Source: a virus (lineage: Duplodnaviria; Caudoviricetes). Taken from it: a stretch of DNA of 30,443 nt. Location: the IMG/VR virus record IMGVR_UViG_3300032232_001030, positions 1 through 30,443 of that record, one strand, 5' to 3'. Under the pieces are notes generated by a model. It searched no databases. It was given only the letters and a program-made list of their open reading frames with translations, and had not been told where the DNA came from. The translations under genes were made by a program, and so were the position numbers. Below are positions 8,385 to 17,144 of this stretch, piece after piece (positions within the stretch are counted from its first letter, which is position 1; the number at the start of each line of letters is the position of its first letter).

Positions 8385-9484
8385 ATAGAGAACAAGCATT
8401 ACATATATCAAAGTCATTCAAAGATTACTTCGATCAATACAGTAATATAGAATCTTATATGAGGGAAGAAAAACTCAAATCACTTGAGTATCTTTCTAAT
8501 CCTTTATTTCCAATTGAAGATGATTTATTCTCAGATTTTTCTATGCATCCAAAAGACATGGATATAGAATTGTGTGAGATCAATCGAAATCAATGGGAAA
8601 ATTTGATGAATATTACGTCATCTCATATCAATAAAGCACCAGTTGGTCGTAATATTGAATTGGCAGCTAGAGAAAAGAACACAGGTAAAATTCTAGGATT
8701 TATTCGTCTTGGTTCTCCAATGATCTACATGAAACCACGTAATGTATTATTAGGTCAGGTCTTTTCACAACAACAAGAATGGTCAAAAAGATTTAACTTA
8801 GCCACGATTATGGGTTTTGTAATTGTGCCATCTCAACCATTTGGATTTAATTATCTTGGTGGTAAACTACTCGCTTTAATGTGTGCTTCACATGAAGTAA
8901 GAGAAATCTGTAATAAGAAATATGGCATGAATTTATGTTTCTTCGAGACAACTAGTTTATATGGTTCAACTAAAGGTATGTCACAATATGACGGTTTAAG
9001 TCCATATATAAAATATCGTGGTACAACCGATTCTGATATAATTCCTATGTTACATGGTAAAGATTGGGATAATATGAGAGATTATGTTGAAAATATTGTA
9101 GGTGATATATTAGAAGGTGATGAATCTACAACTTCACGTAAACTTAGATCATTTATTAAAATTGTTGCTATGGCTAAAGCTGCATTAAAAGGAACACCTG
9201 AAGGTGAAGAGTTTAATCACATTATTGATGGAGCTAAAGCCTTAACAGAAAAGAAAAGATATTATACAAGTAATTATGGTTTCTCAAATTATATTGATTA
9301 TGTGAATTGTAAAACAGATAAATTAATTCCAGGTGAAAACTACGAGAAACATAATTTAGCAAACATGGTTGAATGGTGGAGAAACAAAGCTAGTAATAGA
9401 TATGATACTCTCAAATCAGAAGGCCGATTGAGAATGGACCTTGAGGTTTGGAATACTAATAGAAATATACAGATTATAAGATAA
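8372..9484 (+). CDS. DUF4338 / Druantia DruA-like protein (Mom/GNAT-like fold)
   Basis: VGRN..L, GFIRLGSP, R, VPSQPFGFNYLGGKLLALMCAS, ETTSLYG, SQY, Y.G.T motifs characteristic of this family. Confidence 0.75.
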   Translation: MGNLNREQALHISKSFKDYFDQYSNIESYMREEKLKSLEYLSNPLFPIEDDLFSDFSMHPKDMDIELCEINRNQWENLMNITSSHINKAPVGRNIELAAREKNTGKILGFIRLGSPMIYMKPRNVLLGQVFSQQQEWSKRFNLATIMGFVIVPSQPFGFNYLGGKLLALMCASHEVREICNKKYGMNLCFFETTSLYGSTKGMSQYDGLSPYIKYRGTTDSDIIPMLHGKDWDNMRDYVENIVGDILEGDESTTSRKLRSFIKIVAMAKAALKGTPEGEEFNHIIDGAKALTEKKRYYTSNYGFSNYIDYVNCKTDKLIPGENYEKHNLANMVEWWRNKASNRYDTLKSEGRLRMDLEVWNTNRNIQIIR

Positions 9485-9487
9485 ATA
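9480..9487 (+). promoter_or_regulatory. T4-type late promoter (GATAAATA) for the glycan operon
   Basis: NATAAATA 22 nt upstream of the ATG at 9510; AGGAG RBS lies in between. Confidence 0.6.
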
Positions 9488-9509
9488 TCTTATCGTTTAG
9501 GAGACATAA

Positions 9510-9794
9510 ATGCCATTAGATTATAATATACAAAACATATTAAAACAATATGATACAACTGATGATGATTTTGGTTTTTCAGCCGTATCTGAAGCTGAAT
9601 ATAATTCAGTTATAAGTAAATCAGCAGAAACAGCTGATGATTTCAAACTAAGATTAGAAGAAGTAGAAAAGTTAATTATACCTTTCCTACAGAAACTATA
9701 TAAGACTGCTGATAAAGAATACATTTATTGGCCAAATCGTAAACCAATCATTGAAAGTCAAATCAGTAAAATTTTAAAATTAACACGTGGATAA
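9510..9794 (+). CDS. Conserved phage hypothetical protein
   Basis: Strong RBS; DDFGFSAVSE and KEYIYWPNR motifs. Confidence 0.7.
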   Translation: MPLDYNIQNILKQYDTTDDDFGFSAVSEAEYNSVISKSAETADDFKLRLEEVEKLIIPFLQKLYKTADKEYIYWPNRKPIIESQISKILKLTRG

Positions 9795-9804
9795 GGGAGT
9801 TATT

Positions 9805-10356
9805 ATGGTAAAAGATTTTTCTAAAGTGTATGTATCTGGTGCTGGCATTCCAGAATATATCAATCGTTTGGGTGAAGACACAGTTGGTCTTGAGTTAGGT
9901 GTATGGACTGGTGAAAACTTCAGTTACATTCTACAACAATGTCCTGGAATTAAAACATTACATGGCATTGATCAATATAAAGCTTATCAAGATTGGAATA
10001 GACCAATCACTCAAGAAATGATTGATGATGTTAAACGTCAATCTTTCGAAAACATTGAAGCTTCAGGCCATAAAGATAAAGTAGTATTCCATGAAGTGTC
10101 AGCTAAAGAAGGTCTTGACATTATTGCTGATGGTTCTTTAGATTGGATTTTTGTTGACGGCGATCACTCATATGAACATGCTAAACATGACATTTCATCA
10201 TACTATTCTAAAGTTCGTTCTGGTGGTTTATTTGCCGGACACGATTTCAGTTTACCTGGCGTTACCAAGGCTGTAAGAGAATTTAGAGAAGAAAATAATA
10301 TCACAGAACAGATTATGTTCACAAATAACGATGTGTGGTTATGGTATAAAAACTAA
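9805..10356 (+). CDS. Class I SAM-dependent methyltransferase (Methyltransf_24-like)
   Basis: ATG at 9805 after AGGGAG; LELGVWTG motif I, GIDQY, DWIFVDGDHSYE, GGLFAGHD, GV..AV.EF. Confidence 0.88.
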   Translation: MVKDFSKVYVSGAGIPEYINRLGEDTVGLELGVWTGENFSYILQQCPGIKTLHGIDQYKAYQDWNRPITQEMIDDVKRQSFENIEASGHKDKVVFHEVSAKEGLDIIADGSLDWIFVDGDHSYEHAKHDISSYYSKVRSGGLFAGHDFSLPGVTKAVREFREENNITEQIMFTNNDVWLWYKN

Positions 10357-11021
10357 TGAGCAACATTTTTGTTATTAGTTCGTGTTTGAAACCTAAAGTT
10401 GGTGTGATAGATCATGAAATCAGATATATTCAAACATTAAACACAATCAAATCAATACGAGATAGAGTTTCAGATTCTATTATCGTATTTGTTGATTCTT
10501 CACCTACACCTGTTGATGATGATAAATTAAATAACATTAAACATCAGGTGGATTATTTTGTTACTCTATTTAACCACTCTAGAGCATTAGAGATGGGAGA
10601 ACAGGGATTAAAAACTCCAGGTGAAGCATATAACATGATTGTCGCCTTTGATATTATTAGAAGTAGTGGTCTACAAAACGTCCAAAGAATATTTAAAATA
10701 ACAGGTCGTGCTGAACTTACTGATGATTTTCATATTGAAGATTATATCGGTTTAGATAACAAATATGTTTTCAAAAAAAGAAATGAATCATGGATGTCAC
10801 CAGCATTACAATTAGTAGATACTAGATTATGGTCTTTTGATTTTAGTATGATGGAAGAGGTTGCCAATTTGATGGTGAATGTGTATAATGAATATTTCAA
10901 TACAGGTTGGGATATGGAACATTTAATTTTTAAACATATAGACAAAAATAAATTTATTGAAAAAGAAGTTCTTGGTTTAAAATGCCAAGTATCATCTGAC
11001 GGAAGAATACAATATGACTAA
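10356..11021 (+). CDS. Putative glycosyltransferase-like protein
   Basis: R..QTL.TI.SI, VDSS, GEA, RIFKITGR, DTRLW, MEH; translationally coupled inside the sugar-modification operon. Confidence 0.55.
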   Translation: MSNIFVISSCLKPKVGVIDHEIRYIQTLNTIKSIRDRVSDSIIVFVDSSPTPVDDDKLNNIKHQVDYFVTLFNHSRALEMGEQGLKTPGEAYNMIVAFDIIRSSGLQNVQRIFKITGRAELTDDFHIEDYIGLDNKYVFKKRNESWMSPALQLVDTRLWSFDFSMMEEVANLMVNVYNEYFNTGWDMEHLIFKHIDKNKFIEKEVLGLKCQVSSDGRIQYD

Positions 11022-11760
11022 ACCATTAGTAACAGTTATTACAGCAACTACCGGTAATGAATTAGTGAGACAGAATATAGATTCTGTTTTAAATCAAACT
11101 TACGATAATGTTCAACATTTAGTAGTCGTAGATGGCAAACATCCACATGCTGATGTTATTTTATCAGACTATGGTCAACATGTAGATAAAAAAATTGATG
11201 TGTTAAAATTGCCATATGCCACAGGTATAGAACAATATAATGGCCATAGAATCTATGGTGGTTGTACCTATTTCGCTAAAGGTGAATACATCATGTTCTT
11301 AGATGAAGATAATTGGTTAGAACCAAATCATGTAGAAACTTTAGTTAATGTTGTTCAACAAAATAATACTTGGGCATATTCACTTCGTAAAATTGTTGAT
11401 TTTGATGGCAACTATATATGTAATGATGATTGTGAATCGTTAGGTAAATGGGAGTCTGTCATTAATGATTACTTTGTTGATGTAAATTGTTTTTTCTTAC
11501 CTAGAGATTTAGCGTTACAGTTTTCACCAGGTTGGTATCGTAGAGCTAGACATCCACAAGAGCAACCAGAAGTGGATAGATTGTTAAGTATGTGGTTACG
11601 AGGTAATAAATACACATGCAATACTAATGGTGAATATACAGTTAATTATCGAGCAGGCAATCGTGCTGATTCGGTGCAAAAAGAGTTCTTCCTTAGCGGA
11701 AATGAAATGATGAATAAAAAATATAATGGAGATTTACCATGGCGCAAAAAGACCTCGTAA
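11014..11760 (+). CDS. Glycosyltransferase family 2
   Basis: PLVTVITAT, SVLNQTY, VVVDG, GEYIMFLDEDN (DxD motif). Confidence 0.9.
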   Translation: MTKPLVTVITATTGNELVRQNIDSVLNQTYDNVQHLVVVDGKHPHADVILSDYGQHVDKKIDVLKLPYATGIEQYNGHRIYGGCTYFAKGEYIMFLDEDNWLEPNHVETLVNVVQQNNTWAYSLRKIVDFDGNYICNDDCESLGKWESVINDYFVDVNCFFLPRDLALQFSPGWYRRARHPQEQPEVDRLLSMWLRGNKYTCNTNGEYTVNYRAGNRADSVQKEFFLSGNEMMNKKYNGDLPWRKKTS

Positions 11761-12620
11761 TAGGTGTTTTTTCAAACTATACATATGACTTCGTAAAACC
11801 TTGGATCAAATCAATCAAAGAAACAGGTTTTAAAGGAGATGTTATATTATATGCAATTGATATACAACAAGAAACAGTAGATAAAATTATTGCTGATGGT
11901 GTTAAAGTCATCAAAGCAAAAAAAGAAGGCGATATGATGATTCATATGCAACGCTTCTTCTACATTTATGATTTCTTAAAAGAGTTTGGTCACAATTATC
12001 GTTATGTAATTTCAACAGATGTTCGTGATGTTATCTTCCAATTAAATCCAATTGACTTTCTAGATAATTCAGAAATGAGGACACATATTGTTACCTCTGG
12101 TGAATCTATTCGTATTAAAGATGAGGCATGGAATCGTAATAACATTGTTACAAACTTTGGTGATTATTTCTATGATGAAGTTAAAGATTTAGAAGTTCAA
12201 AACGTTGGCATCTTAGCTGGCACATCAGCATATATGAAAGACTTATGTTTCTCTTTATATCAAATGTCACTAAACCGACCAGATTGGGTTGCAGATCAAG
12301 CAGCTTACAATATGTTAGTTCATCATGAACCATGGAGATCAATATCATCAAATTGTGGTTTACAAGATTGTTGGGCTATCAATGCTCATGTCACCAACTA
12401 TGATAGAGAAAAAGAAAAGTTCAAACCATTCTTAATGGATGTTCCTCCAGTATTAGAAAATGGCCAAATTGTTCATGGAACATCTAAACGACCATTTCAT
12501 ATCATTCATCAATATGACCGTGTTAAAGAATGGAAGAAATTCTATGAAGATAAGTATGATGTGAAAATTGAATCACAATACACACCAGATGAAGATATTA
12601 TTGTTATAAGGACTGCATAA
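11739..12620 (+). CDS. GT-A fold nucleotide-diphospho-sugar transferase
   Basis: RF..Y..FL, VISTDVRDVIFQ.NP (DxxD), N.GILAG, DQAAYN, IIHQYDR. Confidence 0.75.
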   Translation: MAQKDLVIGVFSNYTYDFVKPWIKSIKETGFKGDVILYAIDIQQETVDKIIADGVKVIKAKKEGDMMIHMQRFFYIYDFLKEFGHNYRYVISTDVRDVIFQLNPIDFLDNSEMRTHIVTSGESIRIKDEAWNRNNIVTNFGDYFYDEVKDLEVQNVGILAGTSAYMKDLCFSLYQMSLNRPDWVADQAAYNMLVHHEPWRSISSNCGLQDCWAINAHVTNYDREKEKFKPFLMDVPPVLENGQIVHGTSKRPFHIIHQYDRVKEWKKFYEDKYDVKIESQYTPDEDIIVIRTA

Positions 12621-13513
12621 TGAAATGTATAGTTACCGGTGGAGCCGGATTTATAGGATCACATATCGTAGATAGATTAGTTTCTATGGGTGCTGATGTG
12701 ACTGTAATTGATAATGAATCGGCAATTGCTCACGATCAATTCTATTATAATCCAAAAGTATTCTATTACAAATATGATATTGCTAACTATCATCAAATTA
12801 ATGAATTATTTGATAATGTAGATTATGTTTTTCACTTAGCAGCTGAATCTCGTATTCAACCAACACTTGAAAATCCACTATTGGCGTTTAAAACAAATAC
12901 AGTAGGAACTGCAACTGTATTACAATGTGCCAGAGAAGCGGGAGTTAAGAGGGTTATCTATTCATCAACATCATCAGCTTATGGTTTAGCAAATACACCT
13001 CCTCTCCGTGAAACCATGCCTGACGACTGTTTGAATCCATATTCAGTATCTAAAGTCGCCGGTGAAAAAGCATGTAAGATGTATACAGATTTATTTGGAT
13101 TAGAAACAATCACATTCAGATATTTTAATGTATATGGTCCTAGAGAACCGGTAAAAGGTCCTTACGCACCTGTTGTCGGTTTGTTCTTGCGACAAAAAGC
13201 GGTTGGAGAGACACTCACAATTATTGGTGATGGATTACAACGCAGAGATTTTACACATGTATCAGACGTGGTTGATGCTAATATTTCAGCAATTACCAAT
13301 GGTGTTCCAGGTAGTCTATATAACATCGGAACAGGAAAAAATAATTCTGTATTAGAGCTTGCCAATATGATATCAAATGATGTAACATATTTACCTGCTA
13401 GATTGGGTGAATCAAGAGAAACATTAGCTTGTAATAATAAAGCTTTTGAAGAATTAAAATGGAAACCAGTAAAAAGAATTGAAGACTATATTAAAGAGAG
13501 ATTAAATGGGTAA
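12620..13513 (+). CDS. NAD-dependent nucleotide-sugar epimerase/dehydratase (extended SDR)
   Basis: TGGAGFIG, HLAA, SSTSSAYG, YSVSK (YxxxK), RYFNVYGP, RDFTHVSD, YNIGTG. Confidence 0.93.
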   Translation: MKCIVTGGAGFIGSHIVDRLVSMGADVTVIDNESAIAHDQFYYNPKVFYYKYDIANYHQINELFDNVDYVFHLAAESRIQPTLENPLLAFKTNTVGTATVLQCAREAGVKRVIYSSTSSAYGLANTPPLRETMPDDCLNPYSVSKVAGEKACKMYTDLFGLETITFRYFNVYGPREPVKGPYAPVVGLFLRQKAVGETLTIIGDGLQRRDFTHVSDVVDANISAITNGVPGSLYNIGTGKNNSVLELANMISNDVTYLPARLGESRETLACNNKAFEELKWKPVKRIEDYIKERLNG

Positions 13514-14318
13514 TATTACAATTGTAACAGCATTTTTTGATATTGGCAGAGGTGATTGGACACCAGAAAAAGGTCTTCCACACTATCTACATCGATCAAA
13601 CGAGACCTATCTAGAAAGATTCGGTCATCTCGCCACCCTTAATAATGAAATGGTAATTTTTACATCGGCCGATTTGGTTGATAAGATTACACCATATCGT
13701 GTAGGTAAAGAAGATATTACCAAGATTATTGCTATCGATTATAAAGATATGTTTAAAGAAGAACGATTGAACATAGCTACAATTCAAACAGATGAAGAAT
13801 ATAGAAGTAAAATTAATCCATCTCAAATTAAGAATCCAGAATACTGGTCAGCTGACTATGTTTTGGTAAACTTCTTAAAATCACATTTCGTTAATCATGC
13901 TATTGAGAGTGGATCAGTCACTAATGACACGGCAGCTTGGATTGACTTTGGTTACTGTCGAGATATGTCTATGTTAGGTGGACACACTGAATGGAACTAT
14001 GATTTCAATAAAGATAAAATACATTTCTTTCAACATAAAGAATTTGACAACAAAAGAACTATCTTAGACGTTATTGCCAATAATGACGTTCATATTCTTG
14101 GTGCCAAGATTGTGGCTAGTGTTGAGAAGTGGCCTACATTAGAAAAGATAATGGATCACTCTATTAGAGAAATGATGAAACATAAGTTGATTGATGATGA
14201 CCAAACGGTTATGTTGATTTCAAGTCTTTTAAAACCAGAGTTATTTGAATTGCATAAAATTGTACCAGATCATACTTGGATTGAACATAATTCAATTTTC
14301 AAAGAATATAACGTATAA
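13506..14318 (+). CDS. HtrL/YibB (WlaTC)-family glycosyltransferase
   Basis: ITIVTAFFDIGRGDW, YL..F..LA.L.NEM, NPEYWSADYVL, AWIDFGYCR, DDDQ. Confidence 0.85.
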   Translation: MGNITIVTAFFDIGRGDWTPEKGLPHYLHRSNETYLERFGHLATLNNEMVIFTSADLVDKITPYRVGKEDITKIIAIDYKDMFKEERLNIATIQTDEEYRSKINPSQIKNPEYWSADYVLVNFLKSHFVNHAIESGSVTNDTAAWIDFGYCRDMSMLGGHTEWNYDFNKDKIHFFQHKEFDNKRTILDVIANNDVHILGAKIVASVEKWPTLEKIMDHSIREMMKHKLIDDDQTVMLISSLLKPELFELHKIVPDHTWIEHNSIFKEYNV

Positions 14319-14321
14319 ATA
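14314..14321 (+). promoter_or_regulatory. T4 late promoter TATAAATA
   Basis: Perfect gp55 consensus, 35 nt upstream of the ATG at 14357. Confidence 0.75.
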
Positions 14322-14356
14322 GTTATATCATTACGACCATAGTGTGTTGTTAACCA

Positions 14357-15523
14357 ATGAAAACATTTTATACCCATTTAACCGAGCAGGCTGAAGGTGA
14401 GAAACTCACCCATATCGAGCATTTAGAAGACCATCCAATTAACAATGGTTCTAAAGGTTTTGAACATGCGTCAGAAGTTCTACATGCAGTAAAACGACAC
14501 ATTGATGCTGGCCGTAACAACTCAGATTTGACTATGAAACATGATGGTTCTCCATCTATCGTTTACGGACACCATCCAGAGAGTGGTAAGTTTTTCGTTG
14601 CCACCAAATCAGCCTTCAACAAAACACCAAAAATCAACTACACAGAAAAAGACATTGAAGCAAATCACGGTCATGCCCCAGGTCTTGTAGAAAAACTTAA
14701 AGCTGCTTTACATCATTTACCTAAGATTGCGCCTAAAAAAGGTGTATTTCAAGGTGATGTTCTACATTCTGGCACTGATGTTGAAAAAAAAGATGGTAAA
14801 GTTAGTTTCACACCAAATACTATTACATATTCAGCTAAAGAAAATTCACCTGAAGGCAAGAAAATTGCTGATTCTAAATTTGGTGTCTATACACATACTG
14901 AATATAAAGGTAATGATGCTTCATCAATGAAAGCACATTTCAATCCTAATCTTTCAGGTTTTAAAAATAGTCATGAAGTCTATCACAGAGAACCAGGTCA
15001 TGACACATCTAAAACACCATTAAATTCAAAAGATTCAGAAGAATTTGATTCACATTTAAATACGGCACAATTATTACATGATAAACATGGTAAGAAAATG
15101 TATTCGGCTGTTGAACCACACACCGAACATATTAAAACATATATTAATAACACAATTAAAACGGATGAAAGTCCAAGTGCTGAAGGATTTGCAAATCATG
15201 TCACAGGTAAACTAGGTAAAGCAATTGATAAGTTAAAAACACCTAAGGCTAAAGATGCAAAAACTCAAGAATTAAAAGCACACTTAGGTCATATTCAAAA
15301 GAATCAAGAACATCTTGATAACTTTTTCCGCATGCACCATCATTTACAACAAGCTAAAAATGTATTAGTTCGCACACTATCAAAAAATACTGGTGGTCTA
15401 GAACAAACAATAAATGGTAAAAAAGTAAAACCAGAAGGCTTCGTTTATAATCATAACGGCGAAGTAACTAAATTAAATGATAGACACGAATTTAATAAAC
15501 TAAACGCATTAAAGAGAGCATAA
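14357..15523 (+). CDS. DUF6267-like protein with ligase/nucleotidyltransferase-like motifs; putative internal head protein
   Basis: HIEHLED, KHDGSP (KxDG motif I-like), FVATKS, QGDVL, FTPNTITY, PEGFV, KL.DR.EF; leader MKTFYTHLTE. Confidence 0.7.
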   Translation: MKTFYTHLTEQAEGEKLTHIEHLEDHPINNGSKGFEHASEVLHAVKRHIDAGRNNSDLTMKHDGSPSIVYGHHPESGKFFVATKSAFNKTPKINYTEKDIEANHGHAPGLVEKLKAALHHLPKIAPKKGVFQGDVLHSGTDVEKKDGKVSFTPNTITYSAKENSPEGKKIADSKFGVYTHTEYKGNDASSMKAHFNPNLSGFKNSHEVYHREPGHDTSKTPLNSKDSEEFDSHLNTAQLLHDKHGKKMYSAVEPHTEHIKTYINNTIKTDESPSAEGFANHVTGKLGKAIDKLKTPKAKDAKTQELKAHLGHIQKNQEHLDNFFRMHHHLQQAKNVLVRTLSKNTGGLEQTINGKKVKPEGFVYNHNGEVTKLNDRHEFNKLNALKRA

Positions 15524-16509
15524 TGAAAGCTTTTAGAACATATTTAAATGAAGCAGCTATCGCTGGTCGAGGAGTGATTGCAGCTTCAGGTCGTGAAATG
15601 GAAAGACATAAACAAAAATATGTCACACCTTTTCTTGGTGGCAAAGAATTCTCTCATGTATTGGCTTCCGACCACGGCGATATGGAGGCTGGAACAAAAG
15701 TAAAATTTAAAAAAGATGAATTGATTAATAATAAATTACACGTTCATGCTGTCGATGAAAAAGGCAATAAACAAATAATTCCAGTTAATAAAATACACAA
15801 ACCAGGCGAAGTCACCAAAAACGAAGGACATAATTACGAAAACCAAACATTCTCTCGTTTTCAAAAATTTGGATTAACACCTAAAGAAGCAAAACCAGCA
15901 GGTTCTTCTGGTGGCACAGATGTGCCTATTGTCAACAAGAAAAAACAATTAGTTCATGGTGGTAAAATTACAAATGGTGAAGATATTCTTAATGGTGAAG
16001 TTAAACAAGGAACAACAGCAGCTTTCGGGCAATTGACAATTCGACATGATTCTAAAAAAGGTGGCTGGCATATTCCTGATGATGCTAGAGGCCGAAGATC
16101 ACAATATGCAGCTGAGATTGAAAAATCAGGCATATTGAAACATATGAACAAATATCAGAATCCAGATAAAGGTCAAGTAGAAATTACTGCTAGTGGCCGA
16201 GCAAAAAGTATTACAATTAAACATCCTGATTTAAAACCAGGTGAAGCATATCTGAAAGATCACGGTGTGCATGTTCTACATGTAGGCAGCGGTTATGGCA
16301 CTTATCATGTTGGTGATAAAGATTTATCGGGACATGGTTTACCTTCAATTTCTGGAACAGGTAAATGGACTATAAGAGATAAACATCGCAACGAAAAAAC
16401 AAGAACTGTGATGTTTCAACCAGATGGTGCAAAAGGTTTAAATAAGAGTGATGTCAATTTAGATAAAGATGACCACATTCAATCATTCGCAAAGACTTTA
16501 GGTCACTAA
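15523..16509 (+). CDS. Putative PD-(D/E)xK nuclease-fold protein; putative internal head protein
   Basis: G.NYE helix, AGSSGGTDV, NGEVK (D...ExK), FGQ; leader MKAFRTYLNE. Confidence 0.55.
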   Translation: MKAFRTYLNEAAIAGRGVIAASGREMERHKQKYVTPFLGGKEFSHVLASDHGDMEAGTKVKFKKDELINNKLHVHAVDEKGNKQIIPVNKIHKPGEVTKNEGHNYENQTFSRFQKFGLTPKEAKPAGSSGGTDVPIVNKKKQLVHGGKITNGEDILNGEVKQGTTAAFGQLTIRHDSKKGGWHIPDDARGRRSQYAAEIEKSGILKHMNKYQNPDKGQVEITASGRAKSITIKHPDLKPGEAYLKDHGVHVLHVGSGYGTYHVGDKDLSGHGLPSISGTGKWTIRDKHRNEKTRTVMFQPDGAKGLNKSDVNLDKDDHIQSFAKTLGH

Positions 16510-17144
16510 TGAAAACATTCAAGTCATATTTAATTGAAGCAAAAGAACAGGATGGTGGTCTTCATATGTTTGATATGGATGATACACTATTCCATACTTC
16601 TGACCAAATACACGTTAAAGATAAGTTCGGTAATACAAAAGAGACACTAACTAATCAAGAATTTAATAATCATAAGTTACCTAAAGATCACACTTATGAC
16701 TTTTCTGAGTTTAGAAATGCTGAAAAGTTCCATAAAGAAGGCGAACCTATTCACCCAATGATTAATAAATTGAAAGCAATTCATAGAAACGCAGAGGCCA
16801 AAGGGGCTGGAAGTAAAGTCATTATAAATACAGCAAGATCCGATTTCGATAAAAAGGGTGTAGTTGCACAGAAGTTTAAAGATCACGGAATTGACATTAA
16901 TAAAGTTCATATTGAACGTGCTGGTAATTTGCCAGGTGATGAACCGCCAGCAGAAAAGAAAGCAAAGATAGTTAGAAAATATCTTGCCAATCAACCATAT
17001 AAACATGTAACCTTATATGATGATAGTAAAAAGAACTTACAAACACTATTAAAAATGAAAAAAGAATATCCACACGTCAAATTTCATGCCTATCATGTTC
17101 AACCTGACGGATCAACTAAGAAATTAAACGATGACTCAAATTAA
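16509..17144 (+). CDS. HAD-family phosphatase (PNKP-type 3'-phosphatase-like); putative internal head protein
   Basis: Motif I FDMDDTLF, II NTAR, III K (AEKK), IV YDDSKKNL; leader MKTFKSYLIE. Confidence 0.8.
   Translation: MKTFKSYLIEAKEQDGGLHMFDMDDTLFHTSDQIHVKDKFGNTKETLTNQEFNNHKLPKDHTYDFSEFRNAEKFHKEGEPIHPMINKLKAIHRNAEAKGAGSKVIINTARSDFDKKGVVAQKFKDHGIDINKVHIERAGNLPGDEPPAEKKAKIVRKYLANQPYKHVTLYDDSKKNLQTLLKMKKEYPHVKFHAYHVQPDGSTKKLNDDSN

Noticed and set aside
6415-9484. A complete Druantia defence system (helicase + DruA)
   Set aside because: The helicase is the DnaB-type gp41, not an SF2 DruE; no other Dru genes are visible.
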